DNA of 64,000 nt, taken from the NCBI GenBank assembly GCA_965261615.1, contig OZ253461.1, forward strand, positions 57,046 to 121,045, given 5' to 3'. Every line of letters starts with the position of its first letter. Within the stretch, counting starts at the first letter, position 1. Made by a program: the position numbers and the translations under genes. Positions 37,908 through 47,307 of this stretch are shown here, one piece after another. The DNA is from Alphaproteobacteria bacterium (GTDB lineage Bacteria; Pseudomonadota; Alphaproteobacteria; Bin98). The notes below the pieces were generated by a model, which was not told where the DNA came from, did not search any database, and worked only from the letters and a program-made list of their open reading frames with translations.

Positions 37908-38324
37908 ATGAAAAAAGACTATAAACCGTCAGAAAGTGAGCCGTTTATGAATGTAGATCAGTTAAATTATTTTAAAAGCAAAATACTAACACTTAAAGAA
38001 AAAATCGTTTTGTCCATCGAAAAACTTGAGGACGAAGCAACTGCTGCTGTTTCTCTTTCAGGAGATATAGTAGACCAAGCCACAGAAGTTGCGGACTCTT
38101 CATCTGTTGCTTCACTATTTTTGCGTGAGCAAGCTACCCTCGAGTCTTTAGAGAAAGCTTTAGCACGTATCGAAAATGGTACTTATGGGTACTGTGAAAT
38201 GACAGGAAACCCTATTAGCATTGCCCGTTTAGAGGCACGTCCTACTGCGACATTAAGCATAGAAGCCCAAGAAGCAATGGAAATCCAGGCGAGAATGTCT
38301 CGCGTCAGTCGGGCATCTTCTTAA
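37908..38324 (+). CDS. dksA: RNA polymerase-binding protein DksA, zinc-finger-less variant
   Basis: [28 protein letters not shown] aligns with E. coli [29 protein letters not shown]. Only 1 of the 4 Zn-ligand Cys is retained. A coiled-coil region precedes it. The start is uncertain (37908 or 37947). Confidence 0.75.
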   Translation: [138 protein letters not shown]

Positions 38325-38390
38325 GAGGATCAAGGGTGTTTAACACCCTTGACGGCCCACTTAGTGTAATAGTACACATCTCCCATTGCT

Positions 38391-38424
38391 AAAAGGCCAA
38401 GAGAAATCTCTTGGCCTTTTGTTA
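38391..38424 (+). terminator. Rho-independent terminator after dksA
   Basis: aaaaggccaagagaaatctcttggccttttgtt has a GC stem ggccaagaga/tcttggcc followed by a T-tract. Confidence 0.6.
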
Positions 38425-38452
38425 TTCCAACCTCTAACCTCGAGGGTTAAAA

Positions 38453-39646
38453 CTATACAAGCAAAATACTCCAGTTTTTCTGATAGCCCGCCAGTATGCC
38501 TCTTGGCCCCACAACATGCTTTGAAAGGTCTTTACTCATAACAAACGCCAGAGAACCATCCAAACTCTTCCCTGACCGAGCCACAACCTCCTGCCATGTC
38601 CTTACCAGATCGCCCTGCACTAAAAGATTTACATCCTTAAACACGTTAGGTGTACTCCAGCCTCTTTGCTGATCCACAAAAAAGAGTAGCATCTCACCTT
38701 CCTCACACCCTGACCAAAAGGAAAGCTCTTGACTCGCCGGCACTAAACCAAAGCTGTTGCGCAAAATAGCTACTTGCACAGGCTCATAGCGATACTGAGT
38801 AAGCGGTACACTTATCTTTTTTTCGACACCATCACGCTTTACTATAAACTCAAATTGAGTAAGGTGCGTTGATACAGGGATTTGCCAAGCCTCGCTGATT
38901 TTTTTACCATTTACTTGCAAAATTACATCCCCCACTTCCAGCTCAGGTGGTGCAAATCTTTCTTTTGCAGATAAAATCACCTCTTTTTCTAATTTGCACG
39001 CCTTATTTTTGCTGAAAGAAAGAAACGCACAGCTAGGCAGTACATATTCTTTTTGCTCAACATATGTGCCCTCTACTTTAGCAATTGCACGTTTTAACAA
39101 CGCACGCATGTGCGCTTGCAACACACACACGCCTCCACTAACAACCATAGCAAACACCTCGTCACGCACATTACACAATAGTGTTCCTAAAGAAAACTGA
39201 CCGCTTGTTTCATGCAAATATACAGTTGCTAAGGGACTTAGCATAATAGGCACAGAAGGATCGCGACTCACTACAGCCTGCCTCCCCTTTAATGTTGTTC
39301 CATCCTCGCTAATAGACACTGGATGTAATAACTCGTCAGACGAACCTAAGTAAGCGCTCTGCACATTTGACAGCGCTTCCTCTTTTTTCACCCGCAGAAT
39401 ACAAATACCATGCAAACGATCTACCGCCACAACGTCACAAGGCGATTTGTTCACAGAAAAGCTATCACAACCAAAAGGCCCTTGGTTGTAAGGCGCCAAC
39501 ACCAAACCTTTGTTTTTATCTACACACACCCCAGAAAAAAATAAGTGCCCTCCATTACGGTCATGCTGACTTTGAATCAAAACTAATGATCGAGCCGCCC
39601 ATAACGTCCCTGAACATAAAAAAAGTAACAAAATTTTCTTAATCAT
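38453..39646 (-). CDS. HtrA/DegP-like paralog P1 (trypsin fold + PDZ); catalytic triad degenerate
   Basis: Signal/lipobox-like N-terminus MIKKILLLFLCSG. The Asp region (VVAVDRLHGICILRV, cf. DLAVLRV) is kept, but the His block and the GxSGG block are lost (HETSGQFSLGTLLCNVRDEVFAMVVSGG). PDZ-like LEVGDVILQVNGKKI. Confidence 0.6.
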   Translation of the reverse strand: MIKKILLLFLCSGTLWAARSLVLIQSQHDRNGGHLFFSGVCVDKNKGLVLAPYNQGPFGCDSFSVNKSPCDVVAVDRLHGICILRVKKEEALSNVQSAYLGSSDELLHPVSISEDGTTLKGRQAVVSRDPSVPIMLSPLATVYLHETSGQFSLGTLLCNVRDEVFAMVVSGGVCVLQAHMRALLKRAIAKVEGTYVEQKEYVLPSCAFLSFSKNKACKLEKEVILSAKERFAPPELEVGDVILQVNGKKISEAWQIPVSTHLTQFEFIVKRDGVEKKISVPLTQYRYEPVQVAILRNSFGLVPASQELSFWSGCEEGEMLLFFVDQQRGWSTPNVFKDVNLLVQGDLVRTWQEVVARSGKSLDGSLAFVMSKDLSKHVVGPRGILAGYQKNWSILLV

Positions 39647-40923
39647 TTTGACCTTACCTTACTTGGATAACCCACAACAAAGCAGGGTGACGTCTCTTCT
39701 GGAGTGTAAAACAGCTCAACTGCCTCCGGGTAATTTGAAAAAAAGATGCGCTTTTTCTTGCCAACTATATCATCCAGTCGCACCCTGCTCCCATCCAAGT
39801 TCGATATAGTCTGCGTACGAAAAAACGTCGCCCACTCAAAATTATTTCTTCGACCCTGATAAGAAGACTCCGTATTTTTCCTCAACGGATCTCGAGAGCT
39901 AAGCTGATACACTGGGTTCACTGGAGATCTATTAACGATCCGTCCCTGATACACGCAGACATCCCCTGCACTTTCCAAAGGTTCCTGTGGACTAAAATCA
40001 GAGTCTTGAAGGTCGACTTCTAACACTTCACCGTTTCGCAACACCCTCACACGATTCGTTTGGACAAAAGGACGTCCGCTTCCCCACGCCATCATACTTT
40101 TTGCATTTAAACGGACTGGCTCGTAACGCAATACGTCACCAACCTTTAGAGAGGTTGTGTCGCGATCAAGTGTTAACAAATATCGTGGCATTGCTTCACC
40201 TTTTTCTAAGGCAAGAGCTGCGTCAATTTCCTGAGAGTATTTATTGATAAATATAAATCGGGAAGTTGGAGTAATACGCATTGGAGCCTCTATTCTTTCT
40301 ACCTTGCCTCCCGGAAGTTGAGACTGGGTTAATTGCTGCACAACCTCTTTAATGATATAGCTTGGTACATAAGTCGCCTCGCTCTCTGCAAAACTATTCC
40401 CAGCAAACGCAACGACCTCTTCTGTATTCTTTCTCAAAAAGACTCCCCCAGAAAAGGGCGCAATACCCTTCCAATAGTATTTAACTCCATCAAAATCTTG
40501 CTCACTAAGCGTTACGTGCGTTTTTTGATACCCTTTCACCAAAAATCGTAAATCCGTCGGTCCAGCATAATATTTCGCAGCAAGTTTTGCCTCCTTCACA
40601 TAGGATGGTAGTTTTTTCACTTGTACAATCGCAAACCCCAAAAGTTCACTTGAAAATAGCTTCTTTGCCTCCAAGATAGCAGATTTACCTTCAGGCCCTT
40701 GAATCACCACAGAACAGGACTCAACTATCCCAAAACTCCAAGGGCTCGAGCTCACCACTATATAACCATGCTTTTTAGAGACAACAACACCCAAAGCAGA
40801 AATAGGAGCTTGTGTTGACGCAACAAAGGATAGGCTGGGTGTAGCATGGACCTCCACTAAGCTACGATCCCCCCCACAAAGCACATGTCCGATCAATATA
40901 AGCAAACCTAGAAATATACTCAT
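39643..40923 (-). CDS. HtrA/DegP-like paralog P2; triad partly degenerate
   Basis: MSIFLGLLILIGHVLCG signal. GFAIVQV (Asp→Phe) and IAPFSGGVFLRKNTEEVVAFAGN (the Ser of a GxSGG-like block is retained, but the canonical His block is absent). PDZ-like LKVGDVLRYEPVRLN. The stop overlaps the P1 start. Confidence 0.55.
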   Translation of the reverse strand: MSIFLGLLILIGHVLCGGDRSLVEVHATPSLSFVASTQAPISALGVVVSKKHGYIVVSSSPWSFGIVESCSVVIQGPEGKSAILEAKKLFSSELLGFAIVQVKKLPSYVKEAKLAAKYYAGPTDLRFLVKGYQKTHVTLSEQDFDGVKYYWKGIAPFSGGVFLRKNTEEVVAFAGNSFAESEATYVPSYIIKEVVQQLTQSQLPGGKVERIEAPMRITPTSRFIFINKYSQEIDAALALEKGEAMPRYLLTLDRDTTSLKVGDVLRYEPVRLNAKSMMAWGSGRPFVQTNRVRVLRNGEVLEVDLQDSDFSPQEPLESAGDVCVYQGRIVNRSPVNPVYQLSSRDPLRKNTESSYQGRRNNFEWATFFRTQTISNLDGSRVRLDDIVGKKKRIFFSNYPEAVELFYTPEETSPCFVVGYPSKVRSK

Positions 40924-42266
40924 GTTACATCCTCCACAAATGCTTTTTGAGGCTCCATACCCTCCGCGCACTCTATTCTTTCAAAAAAGGACAGCAAACG
41001 CTCAACCCTATTTGGATGATGCGTAAAGTGCCCTCGTATTTCATCTCGTGGAATCGCAATAGACCAAACTGACACTGACTCTAGCACCATGTCTACTGAT
41101 CCACCTTTAGACTGTCGCAGAATCTGCTCTACTTGAGAAAGGTTCTTAATTTCTTGGCCATTCATTTTTTTGACCTCACTGCTCTCAAACGCGCCCACAT
41201 CATGCTTCTCACACACAATATGTTCTCCCTGTAAATCGGTGAAAATAAAGAATGTGTATGGGCCAAATGTTATTGTGCCTTGAGGGTTGGCTCGCATAGT
41301 ACGAGTGTTCAGCGGCACCTCCACTTCTTGTTCTGCCCCCACACGCATAACCTTTGCCTTAAAAGATTGTGCTCCAGATAGCCACTCCTGCCAAATAGCT
41401 CGAACCACCCCTTCATGAGAAAACACTTTCTTTCCTGCCACTTCTAGAAACACATCCCCCGGCAACAAAACACCTTCACGGCGGTTACAATACCAAGCAA
41501 TCAAAGTAGGCACCTTTCCTAGCGGATAAGATTTTTCCTGCTCTAAAGTCACTTTACGCTGCCAGTTTTCTTCCAATTCACCCAAATTCACAGTCTCTAG
41601 AGCCCACTGCATACGAACTGTATTCCCATTATTCTCAACTTCAGAGTCTAACAGCATGCGCAAATAGTACCCAGGAATCATCTCCATCGTCGCACGATAG
41701 CCCCCAAACAACGCCCCCACAATAGCATTTGTTTCCACATCCAGCACAGGAGATCCGCGCACAACTGTCCTCAACAATCCAGAACACTCCACAAGCGGAA
41801 CACACCCAGCAGCAGTAGCGAAGGAGTTTATTTCCCCGCCATCCCATAAAAGCTTTTCCTTTTCCACAATCCAACGCACTTTCTGGCAAGGGGTCAACTC
41901 TTTTTGTGAAGAACTTATGTCAAACTGGTGCAAACCCTGCAATAAACCTTTGTCCTCATCACAGACATAAAGAAAATTAATGCCATAATAAGTAACGACC
42001 TTTGAGCAGCGAATATGGATGCCCTTTGCATGGCTTAAAAAGGCCTCCGCCTGCACTTGCTCATTCGGAGAAAAAGAGAAGTTGCTCGAAACATATAGAA
42101 AAATTCCCCTTTTTTTATCAACTAAAAAAGCGACGCCATCTTCATAAAAAATATTTTTCGTCTTCCCTTGCTTAACATGCATTGAAACATTAAATATGCC
42201 TGTTTCATATCCAAAGGCCGCACTTGTTAGCCCCCCCAAAAATATACAAAAAATTATGAAGAGCAT
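40920..42266 (-). CDS. HtrA/DegP-like paralog P3; triad degenerate
   Basis: Signal MLFIIFCIFLGGLTSAAFG. GVAFLVDKKRGIFLYVSSNF (no His), VRGSPVLDVETNAIVGALFGG (GDSGGP lost). PDZ-like GDVFLEVAGKKVFSHEGVV. Confidence 0.55.
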   Translation of the reverse strand: MLFIIFCIFLGGLTSAAFGYETGIFNVSMHVKQGKTKNIFYEDGVAFLVDKKRGIFLYVSSNFSFSPNEQVQAEAFLSHAKGIHIRCSKVVTYYGINFLYVCDEDKGLLQGLHQFDISSSQKELTPCQKVRWIVEKEKLLWDGGEINSFATAAGCVPLVECSGLLRTVVRGSPVLDVETNAIVGALFGGYRATMEMIPGYYLRMLLDSEVENNGNTVRMQWALETVNLGELEENWQRKVTLEQEKSYPLGKVPTLIAWYCNRREGVLLPGDVFLEVAGKKVFSHEGVVRAIWQEWLSGAQSFKAKVMRVGAEQEVEVPLNTRTMRANPQGTITFGPYTFFIFTDLQGEHIVCEKHDVGAFESSEVKKMNGQEIKNLSQVEQILRQSKGGSVDMVLESVSVWSIAIPRDEIRGHFTHHPNRVERLLSFFERIECAEGMEPQKAFVEDVT

Positions 42267-43597
42267 GACTCGTCCTCCTTGCCCAATGGCTGAATCTTCT
42301 GCACTGTTAGCTCCCCTGTTTTTTCATTCAGGTTAGACTTATAGCAAAACCTCAAGTTAGCGTGCGGGGCTTGATAGGCGTAGCTTATCACTATCTGACG
42401 TATCGGCCATACGCTCTCATCCGCCAAAACTTCCCAAAGAGCCGGTTCCCATAAACTCTTACTCAAAGCTTGCTCTAAATCATCTATTGTATAAATCTCT
42501 TGGCCTTTTATGGACTTTAATATACCGACCCTATGGCCACGTTCCCTGAAAACCACTCTATACCGCATATCACCTAGCAAAAGGCTCTCTGGCATTTCAA
42601 AAAAGTCTATATCTCCATAAACAATAAAGCGCGACACACCTGCGTTAAGTTTATCAAACTTTTTTTGCACATCTAGAGTATGCCCATAACGAAAAACCTT
42701 CAAAACTATATGATCTTTACTCGTCTTTTGAACTTCATCATACAAGGTCAAAAAGCTTCCTTTCACAGGAACACCATTAGCCTCAAGAATAATATCCCCA
42801 ACCTCAAGGCCACTTTCATCATCTCGATTCAGCTTACTTTCAAGCTGCAGCACTTTATCACAGCCCTTAAAATCATCTAAAGGTGGAAGGTCTAGCGCCC
42901 ATACCGCCATTGGGAAAAAGCCATAACCCCTAAAACCACGGTGCATCCAATCATCAGCAGGGTTATCGTACTGCGCACGAGCTCGATTCAAAAACGACCT
43001 TACATGCGTCAAGGTAACCGCCCCTGTCGTGCCTATATTAAAAGATAAGGCAATCACCCCTATAAGCTCCCCTCGGTCATTAACAAGAGGAGAGCCACTA
43101 GACCCAGGAGCGCATAAACTTGCCAGCAAATATATTGACTCTAGACCTAAAAAACCTGTATTTGGCTTTTCACGCAGAAAGTGTCCTCTTCGGCTGACAA
43201 AACCACGCCCATCTTCATTACCCAAGAAAAAAACCTCATCACCAGGACATGGGCTTCTCTCGGCCACTTTAACCTCAACCATACCTTCTAGAAACTGTGG
43301 GTCTACCCTGAGCACCGCTAAATCAGCATCCGTATCTGAAAGTAAAATATGTGCTGGAGCACTCTCTCCTTGATGGTTTTGCAAGCGAAATGTTTTTCGC
43401 CCCTGCTCCATCACCACATGTAGGTTGGTCAAAACAAGACCACGCTTCTTGTCTACCACAAAACCACTTGCAGTTCCTTGGTGGTGCGCCACAAACACGT
43501 CTTGCATATTAATCACAACAAAGGATTTTTTCAAATCCACCATCTCTGCTTTTAAGGCAAAGACGGCAAGCAGCATTGCATAAATCGGCCTCATCAC
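42254..43597 (-). CDS. HtrA/DegP-family serine protease P4 with an intact catalytic triad and a PDZ domain
   Basis: His block GFVVDKKRGLVLTNLHVV, Asp block DADLAVLRV, Ser block CAPGSSGSPLVNDRGELIGV, and PDZ GLEVGDIILEANGVPV. Signal peptide MMRPIYAMLLAVFALKA. Confidence 0.75.
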   Translation of the reverse strand: MMRPIYAMLLAVFALKAEMVDLKKSFVVINMQDVFVAHHQGTASGFVVDKKRGLVLTNLHVVMEQGRKTFRLQNHQGESAPAHILLSDTDADLAVLRVDPQFLEGMVEVKVAERSPCPGDEVFFLGNEDGRGFVSRRGHFLREKPNTGFLGLESIYLLASLCAPGSSGSPLVNDRGELIGVIALSFNIGTTGAVTLTHVRSFLNRARAQYDNPADDWMHRGFRGYGFFPMAVWALDLPPLDDFKGCDKVLQLESKLNRDDESGLEVGDIILEANGVPVKGSFLTLYDEVQKTSKDHIVLKVFRYGHTLDVQKKFDKLNAGVSRFIVYGDIDFFEMPESLLLGDMRYRVVFRERGHRVGILKSIKGQEIYTIDDLEQALSKSLWEPALWEVLADESVWPIRQIVISYAYQAPHANLRFCYKSNLNEKTGELTVQKIQPLGKEDESCSS

Positions 43598-44892
43598 ACT
43601 CCCACTCCTTTTTTGACAAAAAGCATGCCAGATCCTGAGTATGGAAAAGCCCTACGTGACACAAGAAGCTGATTTGTTTGCGTCTCTAACATACTCTTAA
43701 CGTCTAGTATAGTCATGGTCTCTGGCGTATGCTGCAAAAAAACATCTCCCCTCATCACATTATCTAGTGGACGAATGGCGGTCATATGGTTGCTTTTTGC
43801 AAAAAAGGCCAATGTCCCTATGCTGTAATTGGGGAAAAACAATGACTGCAAAAACGGAGTAAGAAACACAGCCACAAAGGACGGGTGCACCAACAAACCC
43901 ACCTTATCTTCAGGAAAAGTGGACGTCTGAACCTTAACAGTTTGGCGTTCTGCCTTTCGCACCACATCTAAGCTTAACTCCTGCATATCCCGGCCTTCTT
44001 TTTGCAAGCTACCCAAACCAACATCCTTTCCGTTCATTTTTAGAATCACATCTTCTGTTTCTAGGCCATTTTTATTTTCTATCACAACAAGCACTGTGTC
44101 TTGTTTAATCTCACGAATATGCTCTTTATTGAGCAACCCTGAATACATCAGCGAGCTCACAGATACTTCCCGCACATTTATATCCACAAATCTTGGCTGA
44201 TAGCTTTGCCCTTTTTCGAAGCTTTGCAAAGCTTTACGCATATCTGCTGCACCGACAAAGAACTGGCCTTCCTCAAGTTCTGGACTCACAGTAAACCCAA
44301 CCAGCCGCTGGCTATCTGAAACAAGAGCACCTCGAACGTCAAGCGCTGGGTAATCTTCTTGCGGCACCCACCGCATAAAAGTACGCCCTCTAACCTCATT
44401 AACAAAGTCTACAGTAATTGGCACCCCTTTATTTTCACCTAAATTGTGATACACTCTTCCAGACGTTTCGGTGCCATCAGCAAGCTTCAAAGCCTCCACG
44501 CCCTTTGGAAGCTGCGACACTTGTATCATCGCAATACCCAGCACAACATCTTGATAAACAAGACTACCTTTCTGGCGATCTCCATTATAAAATTCCACCG
44601 TGATTTCTTCAAAAGCACTCGCATATAAAGAAGGGTGCGAAACCATTATTAAGTTCTTCTTTTTACTTACCACAGCACCTAAAACACGCAACGTTGGGCC
44701 TGGCAGCGCACCCTCATGTGTAAAGCTAAACTTATACAACTTGGCCTCTGGGATCAAAATCGAACCATGAGAAAAAACATCTACAAACACAAGGGATTGC
44801 TCTATTTCAAAACCTTTTTTTTGATACAAAGAGCGGATCAAAAACAAAGACGCCACCCCAACACAAATACTTAAAAATAGTTTACGTTGCAT
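43594..44892 (-). CDS. HtrA/DegP-like paralog P5; triad degenerate
   Basis: Signal MQRKLFLSICVGVASLFLI. VLGIAMIQV replaces DLAVLRV, and LDVRGALVSDSQRLVGFTV replaces the GDSGGP block. PDZ-like TEDVILKMNGKDV. Confidence 0.55.
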   Translation of the reverse strand: MQRKLFLSICVGVASLFLIRSLYQKKGFEIEQSLVFVDVFSHGSILIPEAKLYKFSFTHEGALPGPTLRVLGAVVSKKKNLIMVSHPSLYASAFEEITVEFYNGDRQKGSLVYQDVVLGIAMIQVSQLPKGVEALKLADGTETSGRVYHNLGENKGVPITVDFVNEVRGRTFMRWVPQEDYPALDVRGALVSDSQRLVGFTVSPELEEGQFFVGAADMRKALQSFEKGQSYQPRFVDINVREVSVSSLMYSGLLNKEHIREIKQDTVLVVIENKNGLETEDVILKMNGKDVGLGSLQKEGRDMQELSLDVVRKAERQTVKVQTSTFPEDKVGLLVHPSFVAVFLTPFLQSLFFPNYSIGTLAFFAKSNHMTAIRPLDNVMRGDVFLQHTPETMTILDVKSMLETQTNQLLVSRRAFPYSGSGMLFVKKGVGV

Positions 44893-46303
44893 CTTCCCTA
44901 TCCTTTTGTTTTACTTCACGCCACAAACCACCTCGGTTACGTTGAAATCGCGTCATACGCCCTGAAATTGATGTCCTAAAGAGCTGATGCGCTGCAAAAA
45001 GTTGAGGAAAGGGGCCACTCGCCCCACATATCATACGAACAGGACTACATGGCGCCGCAACTAGATCCAACTGCCGCCCTGTATATGTTGTTAAGTATGT
45101 CCAAAGTTCATCTAAGCTTGCCATATACAAACCGTTAATCCGTTCAAGCATAGAGTTTGGACACAGGGACTCTAAAACAGTCCCCTGGCCTACACTGTTA
45201 GCTACCATCATTATTTGCTGTAACCGCTCATCCCAAACAAAACAAATCTCCCCCAAAAACACAACATCTGTATGATAAGGCACCACATCAAAAGCCACCT
45301 CAGCATTTTTCACTTCATTTCCACGCAAAACCTTAACATTAAGGTGGGTTTCCCCACGGTCCAGCGCTTTATGCACAGCACGCGCCCATATGCCATAGCT
45401 CGTGACACGAACGTCCTTGTCTTCCTCCACAGAAACGAGCACATCTCCGGCCTTTACTGTTGTTTTCGGCCGCAAATCAACCCCATAAAACTGCACTCCT
45501 GAAGTACTATCCGGAAAAAGCTCTCGCGTTTTATCTTCCGGAACCCCAGCCTCTCGAGCAACCAACACAACATCCCTTCTAAGGATATTGGCCGTCCCCT
45601 CCCCTAGAGACACGCCAAAACCCTTTTCCTTAATCCGCTCATAATAGACATTAATAACCTCTGAGCGAATTAAGCAGTGCGATTCATCCACAACACCCAC
45701 TACAGTGCCTCTAGCACCCACAACAGGAGTTCCTACACCAGCCACCTGACTGTCTCGATCTCGAAACCGAGCTCCATCTGTACTGTCCTCACGCCACGCC
45801 ACTAAGCCTTCATCACCTTCCAAGCAAATATGCACAGGACCAGAGTAGTTCTCTGCTAAATCAAGAGTCCATTCTTTCACTCGCTGTAAGCAAGATTTAT
45901 CCCCAACAACCTGTGCAAAGGCCAAAGTATTAAAACGGGTGATTAAAAAAGCAACCTCTACCTTTTGCCCATCGACAATAATGAAGTGTCGTAAAGCATC
46001 TTCACTAATACCCCACTCCCAACTGGTTACAAAAATACCATTTTTTCGATCAATTAAAAACGCCTTACGCTCCACACGACAAGCGACACAACCACTTGCA
46101 AGAGCCGACCCCAAAAACTCAGCTCTCATTACAACGGTATCGATAGGATGATCTGTGTCTGCAAAGGCGGATTCCTGCAAACAGACACTAGCGACGATCA
46201 GCAAAAAACTGCTGCAAAAGCCGACACGACTCTTCTGCACACACACCGCCAATAACCTGCTCAGACCCCACTGATTTCCAAACACTTCCATCGCTGCAAC
46301 CAT
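44882..46303 (-). CDS. HtrA/DegP-like paralog P6; triad degenerate
   Basis: NTLAFAQVV replaces DLAVLKV, and GTPVVGARGTVVGVV replaces GDSGGPLV..GEVIGI. PDZ-like VKAGDVLVSVEEDKDV. The start is uncertain: the ORF start at 46303 overlaps the tadA 3' end, and a likely alternative GTG start near 46240 gives a signal peptide beginning (M)CVQKSRVGFCSSFLLIVASVCLQESAFA. Confidence 0.5.
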   Translation of the reverse strand: MVAAMEVFGNQWGLSRLLAVCVQKSRVGFCSSFLLIVASVCLQESAFADTDHPIDTVVMRAEFLGSALASGCVACRVERKAFLIDRKNGIFVTSWEWGISEDALRHFIIVDGQKVEVAFLITRFNTLAFAQVVGDKSCLQRVKEWTLDLAENYSGPVHICLEGDEGLVAWREDSTDGARFRDRDSQVAGVGTPVVGARGTVVGVVDESHCLIRSEVINVYYERIKEKGFGVSLGEGTANILRRDVVLVAREAGVPEDKTRELFPDSTSGVQFYGVDLRPKTTVKAGDVLVSVEEDKDVRVTSYGIWARAVHKALDRGETHLNVKVLRGNEVKNAEVAFDVVPYHTDVVFLGEICFVWDERLQQIMMVANSVGQGTVLESLCPNSMLERINGLYMASLDELWTYLTTYTGRQLDLVAAPCSPVRMICGASGPFPQLFAAHQLFRTSISGRMTRFQRNRGGLWREVKQKDREDAT

Positions 46304-46577
46304 AGCATATCCTCATGACTCTACACCTACGAATAATTGCAGCACACATAGCACATGGCTGTGCTGTAACATAAATACAACTAGTAGAGTCAATCGCCAC
46401 CTGACTTTTTAACACCACTTTAAGCACCTCATGCTCCGCGTGAGCGAGCGGATCACCACAAGACTTCACTTTATTATGAGACTGACATACAAGCTCCCCT
46501 TGATGCCAAAAGCTTGCAGCCACCGGCACCTCACCTTTTGCCACCGCACATCGCGCCACTTCAAGAGTCTGACGCAT
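46188..46577 (-). CDS. tadA: tRNA-specific adenosine deaminase TadA
   Basis: Zinc-binding motifs PLAHAEHEVL and AQPCAMCAAI. The likely start is MRQTLEVARCAVAKGEVPVAASF at ~46577. Confidence 0.85.
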   Translation of the reverse strand: MRQTLEVARCAVAKGEVPVAASFWHQGELVCQSHNKVKSCGDPLAHAEHEVLKVVLKSQVAIDSTSCIYVTAQPCAMCAAIIRRCRVMRICYGCSDGSVWKSVGSEQVIGGVCAEESCRLLQQFFADRR

Positions 46578-46653
46578 TCTTAACTCATGCTGCTCCGGAG
46601 ACTCCAACCAAAAATCAAGGTTCTGTAGCTCGCTATCCCACAATAGTTTGTGC

Positions 46654-47292
46654 CTATTTTCTAACAAGGGCATCCTTTCCAGCCTCTTTCAGTGCACGAC
46701 ACAACCTACCTGCATCCTCAGGCTCAAGATCCACAATAGACAGCACGTAATAGCGACAGCGCCCATCTCTTTCGCAAATTACAGCCTGATCCATATAGTC
46801 TTTAAGAAGTGTTTTATATGGCTCTTTACGTGCAATGTCATGCAACATACGCAAAGCTTGGGCTCTCTCAGTAAATGTTCCTAAATCCAAAGAGGGCCCT
46901 TCTTTTTGAGATCCAGCCCCTTCACTATTTTTAACAGCATCCCGATCACTGCAAATATTCACAACATCAGTATGAATTGTGTAGTAGTGGCGAGACTCCT
47001 TCTCAGCAACACGCACCACCTCTTCTTTTTGGCCCGGAGATCCTTTATCAACGAGCTTATATACGGCATAACCCTTATCATCCGCACGGAACCCCCCTGG
47101 ATCTAACGGAACTGCGCGAACCCCTCCATCAACATTTTTTACATACACGACGCCTCGACTCTCAGGAGGGGATAAAATAAACCACGTCAAGAATACTAAC
47201 AAAAGCACCCCAAGAACTATAGCCAGCCGAACTAACGTTGTCTTGTTGATGTAAATACGGCCTTTCATTCTTTTATCTTTTAAATCTTGCAC
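46654..47292 (-). CDS. SPOR-domain-like membrane protein (possible peptidoglycan-binding/septal protein)
   Basis: An N-terminal TM (LVRLAIVLGVLLLVFLTWFIL). The C-terminal ~75 aa (LGTFTERAQALRMLHDIARKEPY...YYVLSIVDLEPEDAGRLCRALKEAGKDALVRK) follow the SPOR pattern. Confidence 0.45.
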   Translation of the reverse strand: MQDLKDKRMKGRIYINKTTLVRLAIVLGVLLLVFLTWFILSPPESRGVVYVKNVDGGVRAVPLDPGGFRADDKGYAVYKLVDKGSPGQKEEVVRVAEKESRHYYTIHTDVVNICSDRDAVKNSEGAGSQKEGPSLDLGTFTERAQALRMLHDIARKEPYKTLLKDYMDQAVICERDGRCRYYVLSIVDLEPEDAGRLCRALKEAGKDALVRK

Positions 47293-47307
47293 AACACCCC
47301 CTTCACT

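Noticed and set aside
41641-41889. 82-aa minus-strand ORF inside the HtrA-like gene P3
   Set aside because: It is an alternative frame of 40920..42266. The Cys/Gly-rich translation is a frame artefact.
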